From IMG/VR virus record IMGVR_UViG_3300030392_001937, positions 1-34,501 of that record: 34,501 nt of DNA. The stretch is one strand, 5' to 3'. Positions 8,400 through 18,292 of this stretch are shown in pieces; the stretch's first letter is position 1, and each line of letters begins with the position of its first letter. The translations under genes and the position numbers were made by a program. This DNA is from a virus. Lineage: Duplodnaviria > Caudoviricetes. The notes beneath the pieces are model-generated. The model saw only the letters and a list, made by a program, of their open reading frames with translations. It was not told the DNA's origin and did no database searches.

Positions 8400-9125
8400 C
8401 TAGTTCCGCGCCAAAGGTGAATTTATCCGGCGCAGGTCGTCGTTCATTTTGGTCCAGTTTCCGCTCTTAACGCCCTCTGCCATGATGTCGTCCTGGGTCA
8501 GGGAGCCGGCCCCGCCAGAGGCAGGGGTCTCGCCTGGAGAGGGTGGCTGTGGCCGTGGAGTAGAGGGGGCCTGTATAGCAGGAGTCGTTGCCCCGTTGCC
8601 CTGGACGGCCTCGATGCTCCGAATGAAAGCCCACGTACCGGCGTCGGTACCGTCATAGGCAGCGTAGTCGATCCCCGGTGTATTCGGATTCACACCTGAT
8701 GCCTCCACGAAAGCCTTCGCTTGCTCGGAGGGCTCAACAGATGCGCCACCCTGGGACTGGACGGCCTGCTTGAGTTCGGCCATCTCTTGCCGTGTCTGCT
8801 GTTGCTGCTGGTGAAGGTACTCCAATATCGGTTGCTGGTCTTCTGGTTGCTGGGCAATCCACTTAGCGTGGTCGGCCGTCTGGCGGTCGGAGGTCATGGC
8901 GGAAAGCGTCTTATTGCTCCGGTCGATGACTCCTTGGAGTCCCCGAAGCTGCGCTTCCTGAGCATTGAACTTCGCCGTCAAAGAGTCGAACTGTGCCTTG
9001 CCAATGTAGTCCGGCTGTTGTGTGCCCTCACCGTCCAGAGCCCTCTGTGCCTCGGAAACGGGGTCGTCCCCGCTCGTCAAAGCCTCAGTAGGTCCCTGAG
9101 CAGAAGGGTCAGAGTCCATAGCCAC
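8400..9125 (-). CDS. Capsid scaffolding protein
   Basis: Acidic N-terminus, Q-rich coiled coil, Pro-rich linker, short C-terminal helix; immediately upstream of the MCP gene. Confidence 0.7.
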   Translation of the reverse strand: MAMDSDPSAQGPTEALTSGDDPVSEAQRALDGEGTQQPDYIGKAQFDSLTAKFNAQEAQLRGLQGVIDRSNKTLSAMTSDRQTADHAKWIAQQPEDQQPILEYLHQQQQQTRQEMAELKQAVQSQGGASVEPSEQAKAFVEASGVNPNTPGIDYAAYDGTDAGTWAFIRSIEAVQGNGATTPAIQAPSTPRPQPPSPGETPASGGAGSLTQDDIMAEGVKSGNWTKMNDDLRRINSPLARN

Positions 9126-9154
9126 AGTATACCCTCCAGTTCAGCATTTCAGCG

Positions 9155-9184
9155 AATATAAAGCTCTTTTCAGAACCTTGTCAA
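9155..9184 (-). promoter_or_regulatory. Sigma70-like promoter for the scaffold-capsid operon
   Basis: Minus strand TTGACA-N18-TATATT in the intergenic gap. Confidence 0.6.
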
Positions 9185-9214
9185 GTGTCAGCCCTTTTCA
9201 GAGCTAGTAAACCT

Positions 9215-12200
9215 TCAGTTCCTTGTCTTCCAAACTCTTGGCTTCACGGATGGCATAACCGTAGAGCCGGTAGTTGCCTTGCCACATTTAGCTTCTGTAG
9301 TGACAAACCCGTAGAAGTTGAGAATCCTATCTACGTTAGAATTCCCACAGCGCATATCTTTCCTGCGCGTAGTTATCTTTTTCTTTAAATCTTTCAGTTC
9401 TTGAGGCCAATCGCTCTCTTTTTCCTGAGATTGATATAGCTGGTAAAGCGGATTTCCCTTCCCAATGACAATCTTTGGGATGTCGAAGTATTTACGGATG
9501 ATCGCCATGCCATCTTCATATTGGCGTATCGTCTGATTAACAAGGGGATCTTCATACCTGTCCGTCGTCCGAATCTGGATGTCGCGGATAAGTCTCGCTA
9601 TGTCAGGTTCACTCATACCCTCGGCCGAGGCGTCTCTTCTAGCGTCATTAAGCACCGCCCGCCTGAGATCGTCCTGCACATCAAAGTCGTAGATGATCGA
9701 TCCGCCGCCGGGTTGATCATCCGGTATGACATAGATAGATGGCTGGCTGCTCCAATACTTGTCTCGTAAGGTGCTGATCAGCGGGCCTTTCTCACGTCGC
9801 TTGATGACTGCGTTCCGCTCTTCGGGTACCGCAAAGATGCTGTCGAAGAGGTTGTAGCGTGCGACCTTGAAAGCTTGGATTTGCTCCCGAAGGGCTTTGC
9901 CCTTGACCTCCACCCGGCCCCTTGGGGCAATGCTGGCTAAGAATGCCTCCTCCGCATTTGTCTTACTCTGCTCGTACGTCCTCCAGTTATTCCGGATACG
10001 TTCGCCCAACGGGGTCGTGAACCCGGGGCCTCTCTCTTTTTCGTTCTGCGCCACAACAGCTTGTACGTTCGGATGGGCCTTGATCTTCTCAAGATCTCCC
10101 AGGTTGTTGACATCTTTAAGCGGCATCCCTGCGACCTCTTGAGAGGCATACTCCATCGCATCGTTGTAGGTAGTGTATGAATTGGCGGTAACACCAATTA
10201 TCTCCAACGTGGCGAATGCGCCGTGCAGGAGTGGATTGTTTATCTTGGCACCTTCTCTGAGTCCCTCAAATATGGCCTGTGCTACCAATGGAACCGTGTT
10301 TGAGGATAATTCAGAAACAAGGAAATGCTCGTCGCGCTCGATTCGAGCGAGATCCATGGCTCCTCCGCGGAACCCCCGGCCACGGGCAGTTTCGACGGCC
10401 TGCGCCACGACAGGGCTCATCTTGTAGAGTACGAACTCTTCAAGTGTCTTCCCGAACGACCGGTCGAGCTTCTCTCCACTCGCAGTCTGCGTACCAAGCA
10501 ACAACTTCCAGACGAGCTGAGGGTAAGCCTCTAGTCCGGCCCAGAAGTTGAGCTTGGTAGGCCCAACTTTTATCTCTAAGAAGTCAGCCTTCGACGGGTT
10601 GCGCCAGTTGATGCTCACATCATCGAAGGCTGCATCGGCTATTGCCATGATGGTCGTATTGGTCATCGTGGTAGCCATCAGGTCCCCGGCGATCATCTTT
10701 ATCAACTCGGGGTTCCGACCCTTTGCGGCCTCGACCAGAGCCCCCACGGTATGGATTCTCGAGGCTTGGAACCGTGGCGAGAAAAACAGCGCGTTCATAG
10801 CCGGCGCGAAGGGTTGCATCCTCTTCGGGATAGGTCCGCGACCAGTGGCGGTGTTTATCCACTTGCCAACCGCCTGCCAGTCAGCGAGCGTCTTTGGGTC
10901 GTCGAGTTTGCGCCCCTCCTTTATCCAGTTGTTCGCTATTTTGAAGCCCACGTCCGACCGCAACTTGTTCAGGACCGTCACGTGAGCTCGCTCAGAGGCC
11001 CTCACGACCTTACCGATACCCGGGATATTCTGGGCCAAATCGGACATGAACGGCTCTTCCCTCATCATCCAGTCCACAGGATCGTCCAACCCCTCGCGGA
11101 TGTTACCGGTCAACCTAGAGCCAGGACCACGGCGGGTGATCTCGATCCCGCCTTTGCGAAGCCAATCGTAGTTCTCATGTGTCAGGATACTGTGCTCGAC
11201 GGCACGGGCGAAGTCCTCACTCTTGAAGGCATGGACACTGGCAGTGACAGCATCCTTCCATTCCTTCGGGTTACTGTTGCCAAGTACCCGGCCCTGTCTG
11301 GCTATGGCCGAGAGATCCGCAGTCGCCATCAACGTCCTCGGGAGGTTGATAACGCTCCATAGCCGGTCGGCTCCGCCTCTGCCGCCGCCTGTCCGGCTGA
11401 TTCGGGCTAGATGGCCCGCGAATTCCTCACCGAACATCGCGTTGATCCGTGCGATCATCGCGGGTTGAGGGATAGCCCCTTTGTCTAAGATAGTGAGTAG
11501 AGCATTCTGGTTATTCCAAATGTCAGATTTGCCCTTCTGGAACGTGCGGGCATGTTCCATGAGCCCGAATATCTCTCTCCCACTAACCGGAAGAGGTTCC
11601 GAGAGCAGATGAGGCCGATCAATCGGGCCTTTAAGTGCCTCGAAACTCTCTCTGAACGTGCTGAAGGGGTCGTCGATGTCACCTGCTGAGATCTTAGCAA
11701 GCTCAGCCCTCTGAATATCGACAGCTCGGCCAATTCTGTGGGCTTGCTCGCGCTTGACCGTCTTAGATACCTCTTTGGTAACTTCACCTATTCTTGCGAA
11801 GTAGGGATTGAGTTTCTCGATGGTTGACCACACCTCATCAGGGAGTCCCGTAGGTTTAGCTAGCTGTGACTTCCCAAAGGCGGCCTTCAATACTATAGGG
11901 GCCGCCCTGGCATAATCAGGTCCCCGTGTGATACCCCACTTGGCGAGTCCAGCCCCACCCGTCACCAGACCCGGGTCTGTCAAGTACCTCTCCGGGCCGG
12001 ATCGTCCTTTTCTGGCCTCTCCAAGGTCACGCAGCAGCCCTCCTAGATTACGCATGGAGGGCGCGTGTTCCCCGTCCCGCCTTGCAGCGGGGTTTGAAAA
12101 CGCTTCCCCCAGAATACGGAGTGTTTCCTTATTGGCAGCAACTGACTTGTCGTGGTCAAACAATCTGGATAGAATGTACTCCGGCTTTCCCGCCCAGCCC

Positions 12201-12577
12201 CTGTCGGGCTTAAAACCGAACCCCCAAGGTTTGTCACCTGCGATTTGAGCCGGAATATCAGTGATCGGGCCTTCCCGCAGCTTGAACATAAGCAGCGCGT
12301 TAAGCGCCTCTGCGCCCCCCTCAAAGGTCTGCGCTACAGGGCCAAGCCTAGATCCTATGGGCTCTAAGATGTTGCGATTCACTCCGCCTGCTATACCAGA
12401 CAGAAAGTCAAAGAAACCCGAGTCGTCATCATCGCCACTTTCTGCCACGCCCGCGTAGGGCGTGGCCTCACTCGCTTGTACTGCGGGGGCCTGTTGCCGC
12501 GTTAACACCTTGCGGTGAGCGGCCATCCTGGTTAATCGCTGTTGTCTCTGCTCGTCTGTTTCGGGAGGAAGTGGCAT
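9215..12577 (-). CDS. Large putative internal virion (ejection) protein
   Basis: 1120 aa, largely helical; segments such as DLSAIARQG, NTATGRG, ALFFSPRF and DFLEIKVGPT resemble large virion proteins of environmental podoviruses (recalled, not searched). Confidence 0.55.
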   Translation of the reverse strand: MPLPPETDEQRQQRLTRMAAHRKVLTRQQAPAVQASEATPYAGVAESGDDDDSGFFDFLSGIAGGVNRNILEPIGSRLGPVAQTFEGGAEALNALLMFKLREGPITDIPAQIAGDKPWGFGFKPDRGWAGKPEYILSRLFDHDKSVAANKETLRILGEAFSNPAARRDGEHAPSMRNLGGLLRDLGEARKGRSGPERYLTDPGLVTGGAGLAKWGITRGPDYARAAPIVLKAAFGKSQLAKPTGLPDEVWSTIEKLNPYFARIGEVTKEVSKTVKREQAHRIGRAVDIQRAELAKISAGDIDDPFSTFRESFEALKGPIDRPHLLSEPLPVSGREIFGLMEHARTFQKGKSDIWNNQNALLTILDKGAIPQPAMIARINAMFGEEFAGHLARISRTGGGRGGADRLWSVINLPRTLMATADLSAIARQGRVLGNSNPKEWKDAVTASVHAFKSEDFARAVEHSILTHENYDWLRKGGIEITRRGPGSRLTGNIREGLDDPVDWMMREEPFMSDLAQNIPGIGKVVRASERAHVTVLNKLRSDVGFKIANNWIKEGRKLDDPKTLADWQAVGKWINTATGRGPIPKRMQPFAPAMNALFFSPRFQASRIHTVGALVEAAKGRNPELIKMIAGDLMATTMTNTTIMAIADAAFDDVSINWRNPSKADFLEIKVGPTKLNFWAGLEAYPQLVWKLLLGTQTASGEKLDRSFGKTLEEFVLYKMSPVVAQAVETARGRGFRGGAMDLARIERDEHFLVSELSSNTVPLVAQAIFEGLREGAKINNPLLHGAFATLEIIGVTANSYTTYNDAMEYASQEVAGMPLKDVNNLGDLEKIKAHPNVQAVVAQNEKERGPGFTTPLGERIRNNWRTYEQSKTNAEEAFLASIAPRGRVEVKGKALREQIQAFKVARYNLFDSIFAVPEERNAVIKRREKGPLISTLRDKYWSSQPSIYVIPDDQPGGGSIIYDFDVQDDLRRAVLNDARRDASAEGMSEPDIARLIRDIQIRTTDRYEDPLVNQTIRQYEDGMAIIRKYFDIPKIVIGKGNPLYQLYQSQEKESDWPQELKDLKKKITTRRKDMRCGNSNVDRILNFYGFVTTEAKCGKATTGSTVMPSVKPRVWKTRN

Positions 12578-15500
12578 TAGGTACGCACCTTTCTAAACCT
12601 GGTGGGGGATCGGCGCACTGGCTTTGGCAGCCGTGCTTCAGCAGAATCTCTAGCTTTAGCGAGTAGCCCAAACGGGCTGGTCGCGTATTCCTCTCTCAGC
12701 CCAGGCATCATCGATGCTATGTACTCTTGTGGGGTCAGGCCTGGGGTCGTTGCAGCGACTTGGGCCTTACCGATGATCTTTGAGTCGGTGAGGTTCACAA
12801 GGCTAGTGGACCCAGTGGCACCTCCTCCTGGTCGGATGATTGGTCCTTGCGGTGTTGGGCCAAAACGGTCTATAGGTCTACCCTCTTCATCTTTTGGTAA
12901 GCCTTCTAAGTACGTTTTGGGATCATAGAACTCAGTACCCGACGGGAGAACTTCGCTAAGGGATGGGCCGCGGCCCCCAGCGTAGCCTATGTCTTCTCGT
13001 CGGCGGCCACGTTGGTAGAGTGGCACCTCCTCCTGGTAAACCCGCAAGGCTTCCCTCTGTTTGGCACGCTGCTCATAGACGAGATTGATGAGGCTTTCCT
13101 GCTCCTCCTCGTTGACCTGAGGGACGGCGGCGTAGCTGTACCCTTTCAGTAGCTCATCCTTTTGAGTGCCCAAGAAGTCCAAGAAGTCCAGATCCTCGGT
13201 CTCGTACAGAGGGGCTAGGGCCTGGTCCAACTCCGAGCCGCCCAGTCGTGCCCGCCGGGTGCTCGGCTCAACGATGTCCCCCTCGAACGGCCCGGACAAA
13301 TGATAGGATGGCGTAGGCAGTTGTGTAGTCCCAGGGAACCCAGGCCGATCCTCTATCCTCGTGAGTAGCCGCTCGTCGAAAGAAAAGAACCGGTCAGCCT
13401 CCGTCTTTGGGAATTTGCTCTCGTCCAAGTCAAAGGACGGCACAGTGTCCCTAATAGTATCGGCGACAAACTTCTCGATGTTCTCAGGAGGCTGCCCCCC
13501 GGCCATTGCTGTTATGAGCTTGAGGGCTATCGGCATAATGGCCTGTTCCTCAAGATTGGTCATAAACGCTATGGACGAGTCAGTGGTAAGTACCCCTGTA
13601 TCACGGAAGTGCTGCCTGACAAACTCTTCGGGGTCAATCCTGGCCTGTTCCTGGAGGAACGGCTGAGTGTACAGGCCTTCTTCCGCGCTAGCGAAGATAT
13701 CCTCTAGACCTTCCTTGATAGACTCGCTAGTATTTACATGCCGTATGGCGCGGACTTGGTCTTCTAACGACATCTGGATACGGGAGCCGTCGGCGAGGGG
13801 GGTGTTATCCAGCCACTCGGTGAGGTCAGCTTGCCCCCATCCCTTAGCCTCCGTCAGGGCTGCCTTAACGGCTCTCTCTTCCGCCGCCCCCTCCAGGCCC
13901 AGGTTGGTGTAGTATGTGCCTGCCTCGCTATTCAGTAGTCGATCCGTGATCAGCTCTGACGCTCGAAGAGCCCGCTCGGGGCCGCCGGGTACGTGGGCAT
14001 TGCCCGCGTTTACCAGCTCCACGTAGAGCCAGCTTCTCTCTATGTCTGTGAGGCCCCCATCTGGCAGAGCGCCTGGCCGGTTCTCCAGATATACTTTATT
14101 GAATTTCTCCCAGGTGGCAACCGCAGCAATAGCCCCCTCGTCGGTGTTGTATGTGCTAGTGATGCGGTTGTCTGCTTCAACCTGGTCCTCGTAGGTCAGC
14201 CTCTCTCTTTGGGAGCTGAAAATCCCGCCCATGATGCCGACCATCTCGGGAGTGTTTTGCGTCTCCCGGACCATATCTTCTGGGGTGATAAAGATACTTG
14301 GGTTGTCCTTGGTGATTTGAGTGAGGGGTACGTTCTTATTCGCGGTTAAATAGAATGCGATAGTACTCGCAGATCTTTTTGACTGACTGAGTAGAGTTTT
14401 GGCCAGATATTCCTTCGCGTGTTCTATGCTTTGTAAATACTGCTCTGTCTCATCGCCCTTTTTTGGCCAATAAGGCGATGTCCCAGGTTCCCAAAGATTT
14501 AGGGCATCAACGATAGCTCTTGCTTCTTTAATCGTAGTCGGGAGTGCCCCGGCAAGCTCCTCCAAGGTCTCCCTGCGATCTGTGGCGTCCACAATGACAT
14601 CGACTCCAGCGATTATTACTGGGGCTGCTGCCAGGGCTGCCTTATCTGGGTCGCCTTTGGGGAAAGCCCAAGAGCGAGTGCTAGCTAACTCAGCGTTGTA
14701 TACCAAGGTGGAATAGGCGACGATATCGTCTATCTCGGGCTTACGATTTATGCCCGGGCCAGTTGCGATCCCCCGTTGGGTTATAGCGGTCGAGACCGCG
14801 GCCTTGATCTGGTCCTTTGAGGCGATAGAGTTAGCTATCACCTCGATATCCTCAGGAGGCCCAGTAACAGTCGGACGACCGAAGTCATCGTAGGGCACCC
14901 CTTCTAACCCACGGTCGCTCATATCCTTTGCAAAGTTCCCACTCGAGAGACCGAACTCACTGCCTGCCGTACCCTCTGGACGGACCAACGTAACGAGCGC
15001 ATCAGGGATAACAGTGCTCTGTACATACCCTAGGTACCGGAGAGTCTTATTGGGGAGAGGCATATCGGGATACAAAGTACGGTCGCTCATATCCTTTGCT
15101 TGACCAGTGGGCCGATACCCTGGGAAATCACTGGTCAGGGCGTCCTGAAGGGCTAGGTCCGTCTCACCTAAGTACTCCTCTAGATCGGCCCGATCAAAGA
15201 TATCCCCTGGGATTCTTCCAGTTCTAATATCCACATCAATGACGTGCTTGAATTTGTCGGAGCTCAGAGGCATATCGGGATACAAAGTAATGACATTTTC
15301 CCAATGGAGAACCTCGTCCTCCAGGGCGCCCTTCATTTCAAAGAAGCCCTCCTCTATACCCTTATTCTCCTCTTGTAATATTCTCATCACGTCGTCCGGA
15401 TCGAAGAGAGCAACGAACTGGTCTTCAACGCCGTCGATTGAGATGTATTCCGTGACGTAGCCCGTGGCGACAATGTCACTTGCGACCTTTTTCTCCTCTG

Positions 15501-15948
15501 CTGCTTCTTCCGCTGGCCTATGCACCGCCAGGGGGACGGGCTCACCCCCACCAAAACGGTAGTAAAGGTAGCGTACAGCATTGTCGGCGAATTTAGGGTC
15601 GAGGAGACCACGATAAATCATGTCCTGTACCATGTCCCCTACAATAGAGACAGCGGTGGTGGCTTCTTCAGCCTTAGGAACAATGACACCCTTGCTTTTG
15701 AAAAAAGCTACGATCCGGTCCAGGTTCTGCTGATCCTGACGATCCCTTTTCTTTTGCCCACGCAGTTCAGGGAACGGGTCTGTTCTGAAGCCTCTCGTAG
15801 ACCGTCCACCTATGTAGGTTGGGAAGGGGGTGTCGTCCTTTCGCCCACTCAGTTCTCCGCCATAGACGATGGGCTCCTGTGGGGGGGCCGTCGGGTGAAT
15901 AATATCGAGATAAGGTTGATGCGGGTCTGGTAGGTAATGACTCGGCAT
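12577..15948 (-). CDS. Large acidic putative internal virion protein
   Basis: 1123 aa; 1-bp stop/start overlaps at both ends; no recognised catalytic motif. Confidence 0.5.
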   Translation of the reverse strand: MPSHYLPDPHQPYLDIIHPTAPPQEPIVYGGELSGRKDDTPFPTYIGGRSTRGFRTDPFPELRGQKKRDRQDQQNLDRIVAFFKSKGVIVPKAEEATTAVSIVGDMVQDMIYRGLLDPKFADNAVRYLYYRFGGGEPVPLAVHRPAEEAAEEKKVASDIVATGYVTEYISIDGVEDQFVALFDPDDVMRILQEENKGIEEGFFEMKGALEDEVLHWENVITLYPDMPLSSDKFKHVIDVDIRTGRIPGDIFDRADLEEYLGETDLALQDALTSDFPGYRPTGQAKDMSDRTLYPDMPLPNKTLRYLGYVQSTVIPDALVTLVRPEGTAGSEFGLSSGNFAKDMSDRGLEGVPYDDFGRPTVTGPPEDIEVIANSIASKDQIKAAVSTAITQRGIATGPGINRKPEIDDIVAYSTLVYNAELASTRSWAFPKGDPDKAALAAAPVIIAGVDVIVDATDRRETLEELAGALPTTIKEARAIVDALNLWEPGTSPYWPKKGDETEQYLQSIEHAKEYLAKTLLSQSKRSASTIAFYLTANKNVPLTQITKDNPSIFITPEDMVRETQNTPEMVGIMGGIFSSQRERLTYEDQVEADNRITSTYNTDEGAIAAVATWEKFNKVYLENRPGALPDGGLTDIERSWLYVELVNAGNAHVPGGPERALRASELITDRLLNSEAGTYYTNLGLEGAAEERAVKAALTEAKGWGQADLTEWLDNTPLADGSRIQMSLEDQVRAIRHVNTSESIKEGLEDIFASAEEGLYTQPFLQEQARIDPEEFVRQHFRDTGVLTTDSSIAFMTNLEEQAIMPIALKLITAMAGGQPPENIEKFVADTIRDTVPSFDLDESKFPKTEADRFFSFDERLLTRIEDRPGFPGTTQLPTPSYHLSGPFEGDIVEPSTRRARLGGSELDQALAPLYETEDLDFLDFLGTQKDELLKGYSYAAVPQVNEEEQESLINLVYEQRAKQREALRVYQEEVPLYQRGRRREDIGYAGGRGPSLSEVLPSGTEFYDPKTYLEGLPKDEEGRPIDRFGPTPQGPIIRPGGGATGSTSLVNLTDSKIIGKAQVAATTPGLTPQEYIASMMPGLREEYATSPFGLLAKARDSAEARLPKPVRRSPTRFRKVRT
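14911..15289. repeat. Two interlocked exact direct repeats (21 bp and 24 bp)
   Basis: ACGGTCGCTCATATCCTTTGC at 14911-14931 and 15079-15099; AGAGGCATATCGGGATACAAAGTA at 15056-15079 and 15266-15289. Confidence 0.9.
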
Positions 15949-16157
15949 CAGACAATCTCCTTCAACTGACGCCGGGCCTCATCCGCCATACTTCTCATCT
16001 CCTTCAGGGTCAGGCCCTGCTCGTGGAGAAAGCGCGTAACTGGCCTAAGATGCTCCGTGGGCAAAAATCGCGATGAGATGTCCGCCTCTTGGTCCGCTGC
16101 TCTCTCGGCGGCCAAGTCTACAGGGTCGTTGATGAGATCACGGTCTTTACTCGCCAT
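15948..16157 (-). CDS. Small hypothetical protein
   Basis: Start reassigned to ATG 16157 (MASKDRD...), giving TGATG coupling on both sides. Confidence 0.65.
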   Translation of the reverse strand: MASKDRDLINDPVDLAAERAADQEADISSRFLPTEHLRPVTRFLHEQGLTLKEMRSMADEARRQLKEIV

Positions 16158-16366
16158 CAGGCAATCCCCCTCAATTGGCGCCGTACCTCGAAGTACACGC
16201 CCGTTTCCTCTCGCCATCGGTCTCCCGTACGACCACCCTGTGGACGCACGGCGTCGTAGTCACTCACGTTGTTCATCTCACGTTCATCGCCACACGTCTG
16301 GCAAACCCCTGGCCCAAGAACTCCTGGCGGAGGGACGTTGAACAGGTGGTTGTGCCTAGTAGGCAT
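16157..16366 (-). CDS. Small hypothetical protein (HNH...CQTC)
   Basis: 69 aa; starts immediately after the portal stop; GGAGG upstream. Confidence 0.55.
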   Translation of the reverse strand: MPTRHNHLFNVPPPGVLGPGVCQTCGDEREMNNVSDYDAVRPQGGRTGDRWREETGVYFEVRRQLRGIA

Positions 16367-16367
16367 T

Positions 16368-18239
16368 TTAGCCTCCGCGCCGGATCGTCTGGCCGTTGGG
16401 TTGGCCCACGGCGCCGCCCTGCGGGGTGCCGAGTTGTGAGCCTAGAATGTCCAGGCCGCCCGGCCCTTGCGGGAACACCGAGGGCTGGCCGGAGCGAGTC
16501 GCCACTCTCTGCCGCTGGATGTTGGCCTCACCCGGGCGGGGAAGTCTGCCCTGCCCCGGCAGAAACCGGTTCCCCTCCGGTGTCGGAAGAGCCCCGGCGG
16601 CTTCGGCCTGCTGCTCTCCCAGGTTCGATCCCAACTTGGCCTTGAGCCGCTGAAGCTGTTCGGGCCGTAGCTCCTGAAGCAACTGCTCGGCAGCCATCTG
16701 GTTCTGTTCGTCCAGCGGGTTGGGGACCCCGATACGCCGCTGCGCCTCGTACAGGGAGATCATCTTCTGGGAATATAGCTGTCGTGCCAGCAGAGCCTCT
16801 CGCTCTCGCTCTTCCGGCGCCTCGGCCTTGAAGACAACGGTATTTTCGTAGTAGCCCGCCACGTCCTTTGGCGCTATCGTCTCGTCGAAGCTATGAACCT
16901 CGCTGCGAGCGTGGACTGTCACCGACGATCTAACAAGATTGACCAGCAGACGGGAAAAGCTGGAGTTGCACCCCTCGACGGCCCTTGAGAGCCCGTCTGC
17001 CACGCCCTGGAACCTCAGCCTTCCCATGCCGGCCAGCACAGAGACCGCGAACCCGGTGCTCAGACCCTTCGGCCTCAGGCCCCTAACGACGTTAGGGAAG
17101 GTGGCCTCCTCGATCATCGTCTGCACCAGCGACAGGTGGTTGAGCAGGTCAGGCGGCAGGTTCGCCAACGGGGAGGGCCTGATCTCCACCCCCGTGGGGA
17201 TGACGTTCATGCTGCCATATAGCTCGTACTCGTCCTGAACCTGACGGGCCTGGTGCTCGTTACCGTAGATATCGAGAGTACGCCACGCAATGGTACGGAG
17301 TATCGCCTCCATCTGGGTGACGAGACGGGCCTCGGAGTCCAGGAGCTGATGTACGGGGAACAAAATGCCCTGGTAGCGTTCGTGAGGCATCCCCGTATCG
17401 AAGTCGAGCGCACTAGCCGGCACCACAGAGTGGAAAAGCAGGCCGCCCTGGCCGTGCTCTGTGGGCGGACGCACGAACTCGTCGTCCACCATGAAGGCGT
17501 AGTACCGTTCGTCCCAATACTCCCGCCAGACGACGGGGTCGGAGCGTTTCCCGGGAGTACGGGCGGTCCACTCGGGGAACCGTTTGCCAATATCGCCCCG
17601 GGTAGACTTGATGCTCCGTATCACCCACTTGGGGCCGGTCGCCGAGTCGTCCCACATCATCTCCTTGGGGTTGATGTTGCGACACATAAAGGGAAAGGTG
17701 AGACGCTTGCGCTCCATGAAGTCCTTGAGGGCCTCACGGTAGTCTTCCTCACGCACCAACATCACCTCGCCGTTCTCGAGGGTGATGCCGAAGTCGTCCA
17801 TGTCAGGAGCATCGGGCCACAGCGTCATATTGACCATCGGCTGGAGCCAGGCTATCCCGTAGGTGAAGGCGTGCTTGACCGCGGTCCTGAGCACCGGCTC
17901 CCGTATGGAGTTCCACGCGCCGATGTAGAACTTCTTGATCTTCTCCGCCCTCGCCTTGGAACGGACCATGAGGGGGATATCGATGGTCATGTTGTTTACA
18001 TCGACGTGATCCGTAGCGACGTCAATAATCGCACGAGCGGTGGCGGGTCGGACAGGGTCGGTACCGGGCGGATGTGGAGTCTTACGTCTAAGGAAGTAGT
18101 AGTCTTCCTCGACCTTGCATTGCTGGTGAAAGGGACGGAAGTGGCTTTCGCCCCAATCGAGCAGGGCTTTGATGTCCTCCCATGTGGGAGCAGAGGAGGC
18201 CTCAGGGGTTAGCGGTGCTATCTGGGGCGTTGTTACCAT
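16368..18239 (-). CDS. Portal protein
   Basis: 623 aa directly after terL; GGAGG RBS; portal-like layout (AFTYGIAW, NINPKEMMWD, IEEATFPNVVRG, Q/G/P-rich tail). Confidence 0.85.
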   Translation of the reverse strand: MVTTPQIAPLTPEASSAPTWEDIKALLDWGESHFRPFHQQCKVEEDYYFLRRKTPHPPGTDPVRPATARAIIDVATDHVDVNNMTIDIPLMVRSKARAEKIKKFYIGAWNSIREPVLRTAVKHAFTYGIAWLQPMVNMTLWPDAPDMDDFGITLENGEVMLVREEDYREALKDFMERKRLTFPFMCRNINPKEMMWDDSATGPKWVIRSIKSTRGDIGKRFPEWTARTPGKRSDPVVWREYWDERYYAFMVDDEFVRPPTEHGQGGLLFHSVVPASALDFDTGMPHERYQGILFPVHQLLDSEARLVTQMEAILRTIAWRTLDIYGNEHQARQVQDEYELYGSMNVIPTGVEIRPSPLANLPPDLLNHLSLVQTMIEEATFPNVVRGLRPKGLSTGFAVSVLAGMGRLRFQGVADGLSRAVEGCNSSFSRLLVNLVRSSVTVHARSEVHSFDETIAPKDVAGYYENTVVFKAEAPEEREREALLARQLYSQKMISLYEAQRRIGVPNPLDEQNQMAAEQLLQELRPEQLQRLKAKLGSNLGEQQAEAAGALPTPEGNRFLPGQGRLPRPGEANIQRQRVATRSGQPSVFPQGPGGLDILGSQLGTPQGGAVGQPNGQTIRRGG

Positions 18240-18292
18240 TATTGCCTCCAGTTACGGGAATGGGAGCCCTGGCACCCCCAAAACCGTTACCA

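Noticed and set aside
14911-15289. Diversity-generating retroelement TR/VR pair
   Set aside because: Repeats are short and exact with no adenine-specific mismatches, and no reverse transcriptase is present.
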